A program made the position numbers and the translations under genes. From Clostridia bacterium (GTDB taxonomy: Bacteria; Bacillota; Clostridia; Oscillospirales; CAG-272), in contig JAGASS010000051.1 of NCBI GenBank assembly GCA_017621655.1, forward strand, positions 13,418-77,417: a DNA stretch of 64,000 bases, given 5' to 3'. Positions within the stretch are counted from its first letter, which is position 1, and every line of letters begins with the position of its first letter. Positions 28,201 to 37,888 of this stretch are shown here, piece by piece. The notes under the pieces were generated by a model. That model had not been told where the DNA came from. It ran no database searches and was given only the letters and a program-made list of their open reading frames with translations.

Positions 28201-29509
28201 AAATCAGCTTGATCTCCTCTACAAGGGGGGGCTGTTTATCAGAAGCAGACTTGTCAATAACAAATTCAGATCTGTATACTGAATACGTTTTGGTCTCCGC
28301 ATCAGCACCCGGAAAATATGCCTTCTCAGTAACAAAAATCTCGTATATGTATTCACCGTCGTTAAGACCTTCAATACCGAAGCCATCGGCGAAAACATTG
28401 TTGATCTCAAAGGTGTCTGAATCAACGCTTGTCTCGTAGGTCGCTACGATTCCGTTTTCATTTCTTATCTCTGCTTTAACGCTCTTGATAACGTTTGAAA
28501 CTGAGACCGTACCCGAGAAGTATATATCGTGATAAGTTCCGTACGTGCCGTTAGGCGAGGACTTGTCCTCATATTCAGCGCCAAAAATATATGACGAGAA
28601 TCCGACGTCGCTCTCGGGAATCCACTTATCAAGCGAATTTTCCGAAACAAGATACCAGAGCTTTCCGTAAGCGTCGTAATAATATGCGTAAACAGTTATT
28701 TCCTTACCAAACGCAACTGTCTCCTCCTGAGCAGACGAAATTAATGGCTGAGAGTAAATGCGCGCGCCATCGGATCTAATGCTCTTAATAGTTGCGCCAA
28801 GCTCATTTTCGCCGTAATCGCCGAAATAACCGCCCGTGAATACGTGCTCACTGCCGCTTAAGGAAGTGTAATACTTCGCAAGATGATCGCCATAGCGTTT
28901 GCTATATTTAATGACTCCGTTTCTGAATGCAAAATGCGGAACGTAAAGCGGATTATCTATGTATTTATCAAAGATGTGTATATCTGTGCTAGTCGAGTTC
29001 TGATCGTAAGGATATGCCTGTATGTGAAGATGTACGCCTGTAGAATTACCCGTGTTGCCCATCTTTCCGATCACGTCGCCTGCGCTTATCTTTCCGTATT
29101 TGCAGGTCACCGTTTTAAGATGTGCGTATATAATACAAACGTTGCCGCTTCTTACTATAACGTAGTTACCCCAGCCGGAGCCACGGTTATCTTCCTCGTC
29201 ATACGACTTCTGAATGTAAAGGACTTCGCCGCTTGTAGCGGATATAACGTCAAGACGTGTTGATCCGGTATAGCCGTTATTTCCAATATCGACTGCTTGT
29301 CCCTTGCCGTGTTCGTTTCCGCTGTAATAGTAATCAAGTCCCGTTATAACGTAGCTTCCCGGAACAGGCCAGAGCCACGGAAGGTCGTATTCTTCATCCT
29401 CCGAAGCGGAATTTATATATATTGGCAACGCGCAGATAAGCATACTGAAAACAAGTATGACTGATATAAATCTGCTCATTACTCCCTTTTTGCTTTCGTT
29501 TGTTGACAT
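25214..29509 (-). CDS. Giant secreted multidomain protein: N-terminal M23 peptidase, beta-rich repeat modules, C-terminal type I dockerin
   Basis: 1431 aa with a signal/anchor segment (FISVILVFSMLICALPIY). M23 motifs are GWGNYVIV...YAHL and GNTGNSTGVHLHIQ. There is one Listeria-Bacteroides type repeat (LGYTFLGWATDP, about nt 27520-27740). The dockerin Ca-loops DADRNGKVTYDD and DLDGDGEITSLD lie at about nt 25217-25390. Confidence 0.9.
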   Translation of the reverse strand: MSTNESKKGVMSRFISVILVFSMLICALPIYINSASEDEEYDLPWLWPVPGSYVITGLDYYYSGNEHGKGQAVDIGNNGYTGSTRLDVISATSGEVLYIQKSYDEEDNRGSGWGNYVIVRSGNVCIIYAHLKTVTCKYGKISAGDVIGKMGNTGNSTGVHLHIQAYPYDQNSTSTDIHIFDKYIDNPLYVPHFAFRNGVIKYSKRYGDHLAKYYTSLSGSEHVFTGGYFGDYGENELGATIKSIRSDGARIYSQPLISSAQEETVAFGKEITVYAYYYDAYGKLWYLVSENSLDKWIPESDVGFSSYIFGAEYEDKSSPNGTYGTYHDIYFSGTVSVSNVIKSVKAEIRNENGIVATYETSVDSDTFEINNVFADGFGIEGLNDGEYIYEIFVTEKAYFPGADAETKTYSVYRSEFVIDKSASDKQPPLVEEIKLISMTESAITLSVKATDNVKIQRLSFILKNEIGFEVSFDAASEGDVFTAEIPINSLDGSGKYTVSAKAYDPYMNTDESSLILSVPSYNGSEIWKVQVSSSLTVRKGPATTYAKVTSLSNNALITVKEVVYNSSDGRNWANIGTGWVALNYAVYQSGYLYNVTFNLLGGSADYTTLGKAHNQDAKLPDTAPTRLGYTFLGWATDPMAASPEYQPGDTYSKNESAILYAIWEDKTAPTITDVTISAENYVSDSVTITVNASDNTGTVYYSFDGGVSYVRTNTFEIFENQTIPAKTITVKDPSGNVTVYDKDIVISIIDNIPPMLDDTTLDVKVDGETATFTFGEVKDEQSGIDKTTLVYSVNSDYSGGVSQEVASGHKVTLGDGVYYAKLVITDKVGNKTEVSFDRFLVGDATKLSTPEKFVIKSSTSETVVLEWKTVNNADYYILTVSESSDFSGGVTEETEDSTITLNSLETGKIYYVKLEAASYDGLYITSDATEAIRFETISSDNAIYSFKSIDALINGSEAYAKLSYLTASVDLSCVVHDKATVRYYSDETLLTEITAPQSFTFAANEATVYIEVTAENGARAIYVLTLVRAAKDAEMPSVIFTATGESIYVGALGKEIGLTASVNDGGTLTVVWYYSCNGEEPVPFANGFTCVPRFSRYGNYKVYAIVTNRNEMCQNAVSTVKTVEAEYTVLRNAAQIEAVINDFTYNGTPANASYALYSGDGTVTYKYYADADCTDVITAPVNAGTYYVKAFAPATDAYEAVESEAKSFTIRRRNNTNTVDYTVIQPTLRQRYGTITVSSSGVEYSLNGADYVAMESGRSYTFDEGITLNIRYSETQNVNASSAIEIKIVPFSGTDGFYPSSGFDAKVDGEYFIVNTDNLTADGLISLLTKKENIEVRDDNGTLMNGKSDLLYSGCQISIVDTVGVYKSLTVIILGDADRNGKVTYDDVLAIMKQSNGMIVSAGPLDKITCDLDGDGEITSLDAAKAYSKTK

Positions 29510-29652
29510 ATAAACCTCACTACAAACTATAGATATATATATTTTATTATATATTGTCGAAAAAAGTCAAGAGAAAAGATGTTAATATACACATGAAGAC
29601 TACAAATCGTCATCTTTAACAAAAAGGTGACGTCTTTTATGTTAAAAACAAC

Positions 29653-29676
29653 AAAAGCTCGGTTACCCGAGCTTTT
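29653..29676 (-). terminator. his operon terminator
   Basis: Stem AAAAGCTCGG/CCGAGCTTTT with loop TTAC. It overlaps the hisK stop and is followed on the minus strand by a T-rich tract. Confidence 0.65.
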
Positions 29677-30481
29677 ATATGTCTATTTCTTTTTTGCCGT
29701 TTTGCGTTAAGATGATCCTTGATCTGAAGCCACATTGTTTTGCGAGGTCACGAGCGATATCGAAGCCGTAGCAGAGATTTTTAGCATCGTGACTGTCGGA
29801 ATTAAAAATTATGCTGCCGCCCTTTTCCTTGATATACTTAAGGACGTCGGGCGACGGGTACGGAACCCTTCTGTGTCCGCGTGACATCGCGCCTGTATTG
29901 ATCTCAAACGGAACGTTATGGATAAGTAAAGCGTCAAGAGCATCGGTACATGCGCTAACGTAGCGACGGCATTTCGTATCGAACGCAATTCCCTTTTCGG
30001 CGAATTTGTTGATAAGATCGAAGTGACCGATTATATCGGCTTTGACGTTATCAAAAAGCTTTCCAAGCGTTGAAAAATACGCTTCGCAATAGCTCATTTC
30101 GTCGCCTTTGTAGAGGTTATCAATTATCCCTCTCGTTATAGCAGGAGTATGGTCAACATCGTAAAGCTTCTCTCCGTCAGTTACAAAATGGACCGAGCCG
30201 ATAACGTAATCGAAATCCGATTCATCGTCAGAGCTGTAATAGTCCTTTTCAAGACCGCAAAGAACTGTGATTTTATCAGCGTATTCCTTCTTAAGAGAAT
30301 TCACTTCACCGATATAGCTCTTCGTTCCTTCTCTTGTCATACAGTAGAGGGAGGTGTCGATAGAAGAATGTCCCGAGAAGCCGATAATATCCATACCGAG
30401 ACTGATAGCCGATTCAACGTTCTCACGTAACGAGCTTTTTCCGTCGCAATAGGTTGAATGGACGTGATAATCGCAGAGCAT
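29675..30481 (-). CDS. hisK: Histidinol-phosphatase, PHP family
   Basis: 268 aa. The N-terminus [14 protein letters not shown] and conserved His/Asp metal ligands of PHP-type HolPase are present. It is the last gene of the his operon. Confidence 0.85.
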   Translation of the reverse strand: MLCDYHVHSTYCDGKSSLRENVESAISLGMDIIGFSGHSSIDTSLYCMTREGTKSYIGEVNSLKKEYADKITVLCGLEKDYYSSDDESDFDYVIGSVHFVTDGEKLYDVDHTPAITRGIIDNLYKGDEMSYCEAYFSTLGKLFDNVKADIIGHFDLINKFAEKGIAFDTKCRRYVSACTDALDALLIHNVPFEINTGAMSRGHRRVPYPSPDVLKYIKEKGGSIIFNSDSHDAKNLCYGFDIARDLAKQCGFRSRIILTQNGKKEIDI

Positions 30482-31128
30482 CAGTTTGTCATCTTCTCCT
30501 GCTTTACTTTTTTGTCGATAACGTGGCGCGAGGCAAGCTCGTTATGAATATCGTCAAGGGAAATTCCCATTTCGATCATAAGGACCATAACGTGATAAGT
30601 AAGGTCAGCAATCTCATAGATAGTTTCCTTTTTATCGTCTGCCTTACCGGCGATTATTACCTCGGTGCATTCCTCTCCGACCTTTTTAAGGATCTTATCA
30701 ATTCCCTTTTCGAAGAGATACGTGGTATAAGAACCCTCTTTCTTCTCGGTCTTTCTTCCCTTGATGAGTTCCATTAAGGAATTAAGCGAAAACGCTTCGG
30801 GGGCGTCGTCAATAAGCGAATCGTTAAAGCAGGAGTCGGTTCCAAGATGACAAGCGGGGCCGTCCTTACGAACGGTTACAACAAGCGCATCCTTGTCGCA
30901 ATCCGCCTTTATATCAACGATATGCTGATAATTTCCGCTTGTCTCACCCTTGAGCCAAAGCTCCTGGCGGCTGCGGCTGTAGAAGCAGGTAAGCTTCTTT
31001 TCAAGGGAAATTTCAAGACTTTCCTTGTTCATATAAGCAAGAGTCAAAACCTTGCCTGTTTCCTCGTCAACTACTATTGCAGGGATCAATCCCTTTTCGT
31101 CAAATTTAAGTTCTTCGATCTTAACCAC
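30481..31128 (-). CDS. hisIE: Bifunctional phosphoribosyl-AMP cyclohydrolase / phosphoribosyl-ATP pyrophosphatase
   Basis: 215 aa with a HisI part (LIPAIVVD...[17 protein letters not shown]...CH) and a HisE part (EECTEVIIA...[10 protein letters not shown]). GTG start with a TGAGGA RBS. Confidence 0.9.
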   Translation of the reverse strand: MVKIEELKFDEKGLIPAIVVDEETGKVLTLAYMNKESLEISLEKKLTCFYSRSRQELWLKGETSGNYQHIVDIKADCDKDALVVTVRKDGPACHLGTDSCFNDSLIDDAPEAFSLNSLMELIKGRKTEKKEGSYTTYLFEKGIDKILKKVGEECTEVIIAGKADDKKETIYEIADLTYHVMVLMIEMGISLDDIHNELASRHVIDKKVKQEKMTN

Positions 31129-31130
31129 GG

Positions 31131-31889
31131 TTATATCCTCACATTAATATCATTATTTTTCAGCAGTTCCTTTAGGTCCGAGATCTTTACCTCACCGAAG
31201 TGGAAGATCGACGCCGCAAGCCCTGCGTCTATATCGGGAATTTCCTTAAAAAGCGTTACGAAATCCTGCGCTGATCCCGCACCGCCCGATGCTATAACGG
31301 GAACGGTTGCAAAATCGCACACGGCTTTAAGCATTTCAATATCGAAGCCGCGCTTGACACCGTCCGTATCTATTGAGTTTACGACGATCTCACCTGCGCC
31401 GTTGTCAATGCAGTGCTTTATCCAGGACATTGCTTCCATGCCTGTGTCTTCTCTGCCGCCTTTCGCGAAAACACGGAATTCGTTACCGACACGCTTTATG
31501 TCACAAGACAAGACAACGCACTGGCTTCCGTACCTTTTCGCGCCCTCGTAAACGATATTCGGATTCTTGATCGCGCCCGAATTGACGCTTACCTTATCTG
31601 CGCCGCAGGAAAGCACTCTTTCAAAATCAGACAGCGTGTTGATCCCACCGCCGACAGTAAACGGAATAAATACGTTTTTCGCCGTTTCCTTCAGAATATC
31701 TGTAAACAGCGCACGTCCGTCCGACGAAGCTGTTATATCATAAAATACAAGCTCGTCAGCACCTGCTTTGCTGTAATATTCAGCGAGAGTAACGGGAGAG
31801 GATACGTCGTTAAGCCCCTCGAAGTTAACTCCCTTTACCACGCGCCCGTTCTTAACGTCGAGGCACGGAATAATTCTCTTTGTTATCAT
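31131..31889 (-). CDS. hisF: Imidazole glycerol phosphate synthase, cyclase subunit
   Basis: 252 aa. [17 protein letters not shown]-terminus and a (beta/alpha)8 barrel pattern. ATGA overlap with hisA. Confidence 0.95.
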   Translation of the reverse strand: MITKRIIPCLDVKNGRVVKGVNFEGLNDVSSPVTLAEYYSKAGADELVFYDITASSDGRALFTDILKETAKNVFIPFTVGGGINTLSDFERVLSCGADKVSVNSGAIKNPNIVYEGAKRYGSQCVVLSCDIKRVGNEFRVFAKGGREDTGMEAMSWIKHCIDNGAGEIVVNSIDTDGVKRGFDIEMLKAVCDFATVPVIASGGAGSAQDFVTLFKEIPDIDAGLAASIFHFGEVKISDLKELLKNNDINVRI

Positions 31890-32599
31890 TTTGATACCCT
31901 TATCGCTTCGCTTAAGTCAATAGCACCCGTATAGTATGCCTTGCCGATTATCGCACCGAACATACCTATTTCATTCAGTGCGGTAATATCGTCAAGCGTT
32001 GAAACACCGCCTGACGCGATTATATTCATCTTATAGTTTTCGGTAAGATACTTATAAAGGTCTCTGTTGGTTCCCCTCATCGCTCCGTCGCGGCTTATGT
32101 CGGTACAGATAACGCGTGAAATCGAGTGTACCGAAAGCATTTCGAACATTTCGTCAGCCGTAATTTGCGACTTTTCGGTCCAGCCCTTTATCGCAACGAA
32201 TCCGTCCTTAATATCGACGCCGACTGCAATTTTGTCCTTATATCTGAACGCCATTTCGGAGAGGAACTCTTCATTTGTAACGGCGATCGTTCCGAGGATC
32301 ACCTTATCAACGCCGAGATCAACGTATTTCTTTACCATATCTTCACTTCGTATTCCGCCGCCTATCTCAACCTTAAGAGATGTGTTCTCAATAATACACT
32401 TAACGGTATCGTAAGCGTGAACGAGACCGTCCTTTGCGCCCTCGAGATCAACAATATGTATATATTCCGCGCCTGCCGTTTCAAACTTTTTTGCTATATC
32501 AAGCGGATCGTCGGAATAAACGGTCATCTCGTCGTATCTGCCTTTATAAAGGCGAACGACCTTTCCGTCGTATAGGTCTATTGCAGGAAAAATTTTCAT
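31886..32599 (-). CDS. hisA: ProFAR isomerase
   Basis: 237 aa. KIFPAIDLYDGKVVRL and the GGGIRS motif. Confidence 0.93.
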   Translation of the reverse strand: MKIFPAIDLYDGKVVRLYKGRYDEMTVYSDDPLDIAKKFETAGAEYIHIVDLEGAKDGLVHAYDTVKCIIENTSLKVEIGGGIRSEDMVKKYVDLGVDKVILGTIAVTNEEFLSEMAFRYKDKIAVGVDIKDGFVAIKGWTEKSQITADEMFEMLSVHSISRVICTDISRDGAMRGTNRDLYKYLTENYKMNIIASGGVSTLDDITALNEIGMFGAIIGKAYYTGAIDLSEAIRVSK

Positions 32600-33204
32600 C
32601 AGTCAAGAAATCCTTTGAGTATTTTAAGTCCAACGTCACCGCTTTTTTCGGGGTGGAACTGACATCCGTAAACGTTATCACGCGCGACCGCCGCCGTTAT
32701 CTCTGCACCGTATTCAGTTGTAGCAATAAGCGAATCGCTGCAGTCAACTGCGTGGTATGAATGGACGAAATAAACGTGATCGCCGTTATTTATATACTTA
32801 AAAAGCTTATTCTGCTTCTTAATATCAAGCGCGTTCCAGCCGATCTGCGGAAGCTTAAGACCGTCGGCGATCTCGTCGCGCATCGTTTTAACGTGACCCT
32901 TAAGAAGACCGAGTCCCTCGTTATGACCGAATTCCGTACCGTATTCAAAGAGAAGCTGCATTCCGAGACAGATTCCGAGAAGCGGCTTTCCGTCCGATAC
33001 GACCTCACGAACGATCTTATCAAGCCCTGTATTCTTTATCTTTTCTGCCGCCTCGCCGTAGGCACCAACGCCCGGTAGAATTACTCTTTCCGCGCTTTTA
33101 ATGATCGACGGATCACCTGTTACGACGGTATCAGCGCCGATCTTCAAAAAAGACTGGTGAAGCGAGAAAAGATTACCAACGCCGTAATCTATTATTGCTA
33201 TCAT
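32599..33204 (-). CDS. hisH: Imidazole glycerol phosphate synthase, glutaminase subunit
   Basis: 201 aa class I amidotransferase with the nucleophile elbow GICLGMQ and FVHSY / QFHPEKS. Confidence 0.93.
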   Translation of the reverse strand: MIAIIDYGVGNLFSLHQSFLKIGADTVVTGDPSIIKSAERVILPGVGAYGEAAEKIKNTGLDKIVREVVSDGKPLLGICLGMQLLFEYGTEFGHNEGLGLLKGHVKTMRDEIADGLKLPQIGWNALDIKKQNKLFKYINNGDHVYFVHSYHAVDCSDSLIATTEYGAEITAAVARDNVYGCQFHPEKSGDVGLKILKGFLD

Positions 33205-33788
33205 AAGGTGCCTTTCGTCGACGGGATCTCGTCCTTGCGCGACTCATCTACCTTAACAGCGCATTTTAGTGAGCGAGCAAACGACTTGAACGCCGCTTCT
33301 GCGATGTGGTGCGAGTTGTCTCCTGCCATCTTCTTCACGTGAAGGGTCATATTCGCGTTTCTGACAAGCGCGGCAAAGAATTCCTTTACAAGCTCGGTGT
33401 CAAAAGTGCCGATCTTCTCAGTCGGGAAATCGCAGTCAAATACGAGCGTGCTTCTGCCCGAAATATCAAGCGCAGTAAGGACAAGCGATTCGTCCATAGG
33501 AAGAATGAAATAGCCGTAACGCGTAATGCCGCGGCAGTCGCCTAGGGCTTCCGAAATTGCTTTTCCGAGACAGATTCCAATGTCCTCAACGGTGTGATGA
33601 TCATCAACCTGAGTGTCACCCTTGCACTTTACGGTCATATCAAAGCCGCCGTGTGAAGCAAATAGCGTCAGCATATGATCAAGAAAACCGCAACCTGTAT
33701 CGATCTCGCTTTTTCCCTTGCCGTCAAGCTCGAGCGTCAGATAAATATCCGTTTCCTTTGTCGTTCTTTTAATTTCGTAATTTCTCAT
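33201..33788 (-). CDS. hisB: Imidazoleglycerol-phosphate dehydratase
   Basis: 195 aa with IGPD motifs DDHHTVEDIGI and NSHHIAEAAFK. Confidence 0.93.
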   Translation of the reverse strand: MRNYEIKRTTKETDIYLTLELDGKGKSEIDTGCGFLDHMLTLFASHGGFDMTVKCKGDTQVDDHHTVEDIGICLGKAISEALGDCRGITRYGYFILPMDESLVLTALDISGRSTLVFDCDFPTEKIGTFDTELVKEFFAALVRNANMTLHVKKMAGDNSHHIAEAAFKSFARSLKCAVKVDESRKDEIPSTKGTL

Positions 33789-33789
33789 T

Positions 33790-34854
33790 TTAGTTTCCTA
33801 CCATTATTTCTTTTATAGCGGTTATAAATGCTTCCATTTCGGTTTCGGAACCGATAGTTATTCTGATATAATCGGAGATACGATCCTTATTAAAATGCCG
33901 TATAAGTATTCCCTTTTCCTTAAGCTTCGAATACAGGTCTTGTCCGCTCATTTCAGGAGCTTTTGCAAATATGAAATTCGCCTTGCTGGGAATAACGTCA
34001 AATCCGAGTGCGACAAGCTCGTTTGTCGTCTTTTCTCTCGTCTTGGCAATTCTCTGACAGTTATTCATAAAATAGTCGTCAGAATCTATAGCCGCGGCAC
34101 CGACCTTTAAGGTAAGACGGTTTACGTTATAGGGATTCGTCGAAAACTTGATCCTGTTCAGGTCATCAATAATTTCCTTTGATGCTATTGCAAATCCGAG
34201 ACGCGCACCTGCCAGAGCACGGGATTTTGAGTAGGTTCTGACGATAAGCAGATTGTCGTATTTATTCAGGAGCGGCAAACAGCTTTCAGCGCCGAAATCA
34301 ACGTAAGCTTCATCAACTACAACCACGTTATTCGGGTTGCTTTTAAGTATCTTCTCTATAGCAGATACAGGAAGAGTAAGTCCCGTAGGCGCGTTAGGAT
34401 TTGCTATAACGACCGTTGAGTTGATACCGCAGTAGTTATCGACGTTGATCGAAAAATCGTCTTCAAGAGGGATTATATTGGCGTCGGAGTGATACAGGTC
34501 TGCAAATACCTTGTAAAAACCGTAGGTTATATCAGCAAAAGCTACCTTTTTTCCGTCCGAGCAGTACGCCATAAATGCAAAGTTCAATATGTCGTCAGAG
34601 CCGTTAGAAAGATAAATATTGTCGTAACCGACATCGTAACGGTCTGCAAGCTTCTGACGAAGAATGCGGCATTCGGGATCGGAATAGAGACGAAGGTCTG
34701 CAATATCGCTGTCATTCACCGAAGCGATAACTTCGGGAGATGGCGGATATGGCGACTCATTAGTATTCAGCTTTATATATTTTCTGTCCTGCGGCTGTTC
34801 ACCCGGAACGTACGCTTCAAGAGAAGCATATTTTTCATCCAAAAAACGGCTCAT
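33790..34854 (-). CDS. hisC: Histidinol-phosphate aminotransferase
   Basis: 354 aa class II aminotransferase with the PLP-Lys context RTYSKSRALAG. It sits in the his operon. Confidence 0.9.
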   Translation of the reverse strand: MSRFLDEKYASLEAYVPGEQPQDRKYIKLNTNESPYPPSPEVIASVNDSDIADLRLYSDPECRILRQKLADRYDVGYDNIYLSNGSDDILNFAFMAYCSDGKKVAFADITYGFYKVFADLYHSDANIIPLEDDFSINVDNYCGINSTVVIANPNAPTGLTLPVSAIEKILKSNPNNVVVVDEAYVDFGAESCLPLLNKYDNLLIVRTYSKSRALAGARLGFAIASKEIIDDLNRIKFSTNPYNVNRLTLKVGAAAIDSDDYFMNNCQRIAKTREKTTNELVALGFDVIPSKANFIFAKAPEMSGQDLYSKLKEKGILIRHFNKDRISDYIRITIGSETEMEAFITAIKEIMVGN

Positions 34855-34866
34855 TGTTTATCTCAC

Positions 34867-36141
34867 TTAAAATTTTTCAAATCTTGCTCTTGCACTTCTT
34901 GCGTGCGCCGAAAGTCCTTCCTTTTCGGCAAATGCCGCAACCTTTTTATATACGGCATTAAGAGCGTCCTTTGTATAGTAAATGTACTGCGATTTCTTTA
35001 CGAAATCATCGACCGACAGCGGACTAGAAAAGCGTGCGGTACCGCTTGTCGGAAGCGTGTGGTTAGGTCCTGCGAAGTAGTCACCAAGCGCCTCGGGGCA
35101 GTATCTGCCGAGGAAGACGGAACCTGCGTTCTTGACCTTTCCAAGATAGGAAAACGGCTCGTCGACCGAAAGCTCAAGATGCTCGGGAGCTATCTCGTCG
35201 GCTATCTCAATTGCAACGTCGATTCTCGACGTTACGATTATAAGGCCGTTATTATCAATTGACGTTCTTGCTATTTCTTCTCGAGGAAGAAGCGCGATCT
35301 GTCTTTCAAGCTCATTTGAGACGTTATTTGCAAGCTCCTCGCTGTCAGTAACAAGAACAGCTGATGCGTTCTTATCGTGCTCTGCCTGTGAAAGAAGATC
35401 AGCGGCAATTATTCTTGCGTCGCTCTTTCCGTCGGCTACAATAAGTATTTCGGAAGGACCTGCGATCATATCGATGTCGACTCGTCCGTATACCTGACGC
35501 TTCGCTTCGGCAACGTACATATTACCCGGTCCTGCAATCTTATCGACTCGCGGAACAGTCTCCGTTCCGTAAGCAAGAGCAGCAACCGCCTGCGCGCCAC
35601 CAACTTTGAATATCTTATCAACGCCTGCTATATAAGCAGCCGCCAAAATTGCAGGATTAACTTTTCCCTCTTTATCGGGCGGCGTAACGATCACAATCTC
35701 CTTACAACCGGCGACCTTTGCGGGAATTGCGTCCATAAGAACCGTTGACGGATATGCCGCCGTACCACCGGGGACGTATAGACCGACCTTTTCAAGCGGT
35801 ATTACTCTCTGCCCGACAACGGAACCGTTATCGTTCGTCTGAATAAAGCCCTCTTTGACCTGTCTCTTATGAAAGACTCGGATATTCTCTGCAGCTTCCT
35901 TGAGTATCTCAACAAACTCCAGCTCGATTTGCTCAAAAGCATTTTCAATCTCTTCTTTTGTTACGGCTAAAGAAGTGAGCTTACATTTATCAAACTTCTC
36001 ACAGTATTCAAAAAGCGCTTCGTCTCCGCGAGTAGCAACGTCGTTTATAATTCCCGAAACTATTTCGGTTACGTTAGCGGGAGCGCTTGACGAAAATGCG
36101 TCATCGCGCTTTAAGGTATCTTGCTTTAATATCTTAATCAT
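34867..36141 (-). CDS. hisD: Histidinol dehydrogenase
   Basis: 424 aa with GPGNMYV, SQAEHD and HTLPT motifs. Confidence 0.93.
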   Translation of the reverse strand: MIKILKQDTLKRDDAFSSSAPANVTEIVSGIINDVATRGDEALFEYCEKFDKCKLTSLAVTKEEIENAFEQIELEFVEILKEAAENIRVFHKRQVKEGFIQTNDNGSVVGQRVIPLEKVGLYVPGGTAAYPSTVLMDAIPAKVAGCKEIVIVTPPDKEGKVNPAILAAAYIAGVDKIFKVGGAQAVAALAYGTETVPRVDKIAGPGNMYVAEAKRQVYGRVDIDMIAGPSEILIVADGKSDARIIAADLLSQAEHDKNASAVLVTDSEELANNVSNELERQIALLPREEIARTSIDNNGLIIVTSRIDVAIEIADEIAPEHLELSVDEPFSYLGKVKNAGSVFLGRYCPEALGDYFAGPNHTLPTSGTARFSSPLSVDDFVKKSQYIYYTKDALNAVYKKVAAFAEKEGLSAHARSARARFEKF

Positions 36142-36144
36142 TTC

Positions 36145-36774
36145 TTACTCCTTAGATGCAATTACCTTTGCTACTGCATCCTTAAGTGCTGTAATTTCTG
36201 AGTTCTTGAATCTATACGACGTCTGATTGGAGATAAGACGCGCGCTGATCCTCATGATTTCGGTTATAACCTCAAGATCGTTTTCCTTAAGAGTCGTACC
36301 CGTCTCAACTATGTCAACAATTACGTCGGACAGACCGAGTATCGGCGCGATCTCGATCGAACCGTTAAGCTCGATTATGTCAATATCACGCGACTGTGAC
36401 GCGTAATATTTCGATGCGATATTCTTGAATTTCGTAGCCGCACGAAGCGTTCTGTTGGGATCGTCCTTAAAGGTCTTAGGTGCCGCAACTGCCATACGGC
36501 ATTTGCCCATATTAAGATCGAGAAGCTCGTATACCTCGGGCGAATACTCTTCGATAATATCCTTACCTGCGACACCTATATCGGCAGCGCCTCTTTCAAC
36601 GTAAATAGCAACGTCTGACGGCTTTACCCAAAAGTACCGAACGCCCTTCTTTTCGTTTTCAAAAATGAGCTTTCTGCTATTTGAAAGAACCGACGGACAT
36701 TCGTATCCCGCTTCTTCAAATATCTTATAGACCTTTTCACCAAGCCGTCCCTTAGGGAGCGCTATATTAAGCAT
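36145..36774 (-). CDS. hisG: ATP phosphoribosyltransferase, short (HisZ-dependent) form
   Basis: 209 aa with no C-terminal regulatory domain. LNIALPKGRL N-terminus and DIVETGTTL motif. Confidence 0.92.
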   Translation of the reverse strand: MLNIALPKGRLGEKVYKIFEEAGYECPSVLSNSRKLIFENEKKGVRYFWVKPSDVAIYVERGAADIGVAGKDIIEEYSPEVYELLDLNMGKCRMAVAAPKTFKDDPNRTLRAATKFKNIASKYYASQSRDIDIIELNGSIEIAPILGLSDVIVDIVETGTTLKENDLEVITEIMRISARLISNQTSYRFKNSEITALKDAVAKVIASKE

Positions 36775-37885
36775 TTTCGTCCTCCGTTACGCCGTTCTGC
36801 GTGATGTAAAATACCTTTCTAAAACCTGACGACTTCTCTTTATCAGAGGTGATCTCAACAGAATAACCGTTTTTGCGGATACCGTCAGCTGCATTCATTA
36901 TCTCGGAAGGAGACATGTTTTCGTCATATACAAGCAGAGCGTTATCATCACCGTAATTGACCTTAGCAAGATCCTGAAGACGGTCAAGAGCTACCGCAAA
37001 GCCAAGCGCGCCGCAGTTGCGTCCCATCTTCTTAACGAGATCGTCGTATCTGCCGCCGAAGAGGATTCCCTCGGGGACGCAGTCGATATATCCGCGGAAG
37101 ATAAGTGAACGGTAATAATTCATATCGTTCACGACGGAAAGATCGATTCCGATATTTTCCTTATATCCGAGAGAATTGAGCGCAGTTATGATCTCTGTCA
37201 GCTCGTTAAGTCCTTCACAAGCTGAAAGATACGGAATTTCCTTAAGAGATGCGATAACGTCAAGAGCGTTACCGTTAAGAGAGACCGCATAAGCAAGCGC
37301 CTCAAAACGCTTAATATCCAGATCATTTACCGTAGCTATCTCAATAATTCCGCCCGCATTTTTTCTCTTGATGCAGGTGAACAGCTCGTCCTTGATCTCA
37401 CCGGCAATATCGTCTCCGATCAAAGATGAAAGAACGCCGATATGCGATATATCAAGACGGTATGAGCATTCAGTCGCAGACAGACTCTTGAGAGCAAGGA
37501 GAAGCACCTCAACGGTCTCAACCGTTCCGATATTTCCGATGCACTCGATGCCGCTTTGGAGCATTTCCTTGAAGCTTCCGCCGCGAGCATTACGACGGTA
37601 AACATTTTCTCTGTAATGGACCTTTTGAGTACCAACGCTTCCTTTCGAATTTTTGACTATCGAAAGAGTCACGTCGGGCTTTAGAGCCATCAGCTTTCCG
37701 TTTACGTCGGTAAAGGTAAGCACGCCTCCGTCACCTAGAAAATCAATATTTGATGAATAAAGCTCGTATTCCTCGAACTTACTCATTTTATACGGACGGT
37801 ATCCGTAGCTTTCATATATGGCGCGAAGCGAAAGTGCCATTCTTTCGTCGGCGCGAAAGCTTTTTAGGTCAATGGTTATATTCAT
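36767..37885 (-). CDS. hisZ: ATP phosphoribosyltransferase regulatory subunit
   Basis: 372 aa HisRS-like catalytic-core paralog without an anticodon-binding domain. It overlaps hisG by 8 nt. Confidence 0.88.
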   Translation of the reverse strand: MNITIDLKSFRADERMALSLRAIYESYGYRPYKMSKFEEYELYSSNIDFLGDGGVLTFTDVNGKLMALKPDVTLSIVKNSKGSVGTQKVHYRENVYRRNARGGSFKEMLQSGIECIGNIGTVETVEVLLLALKSLSATECSYRLDISHIGVLSSLIGDDIAGEIKDELFTCIKRKNAGGIIEIATVNDLDIKRFEALAYAVSLNGNALDVIASLKEIPYLSACEGLNELTEIITALNSLGYKENIGIDLSVVNDMNYYRSLIFRGYIDCVPEGILFGGRYDDLVKKMGRNCGALGFAVALDRLQDLAKVNYGDDNALLVYDENMSPSEIMNAADGIRKNGYSVEITSDKEKSSGFRKVFYITQNGVTEDENA

Positions 37886-37888
37886 ATC

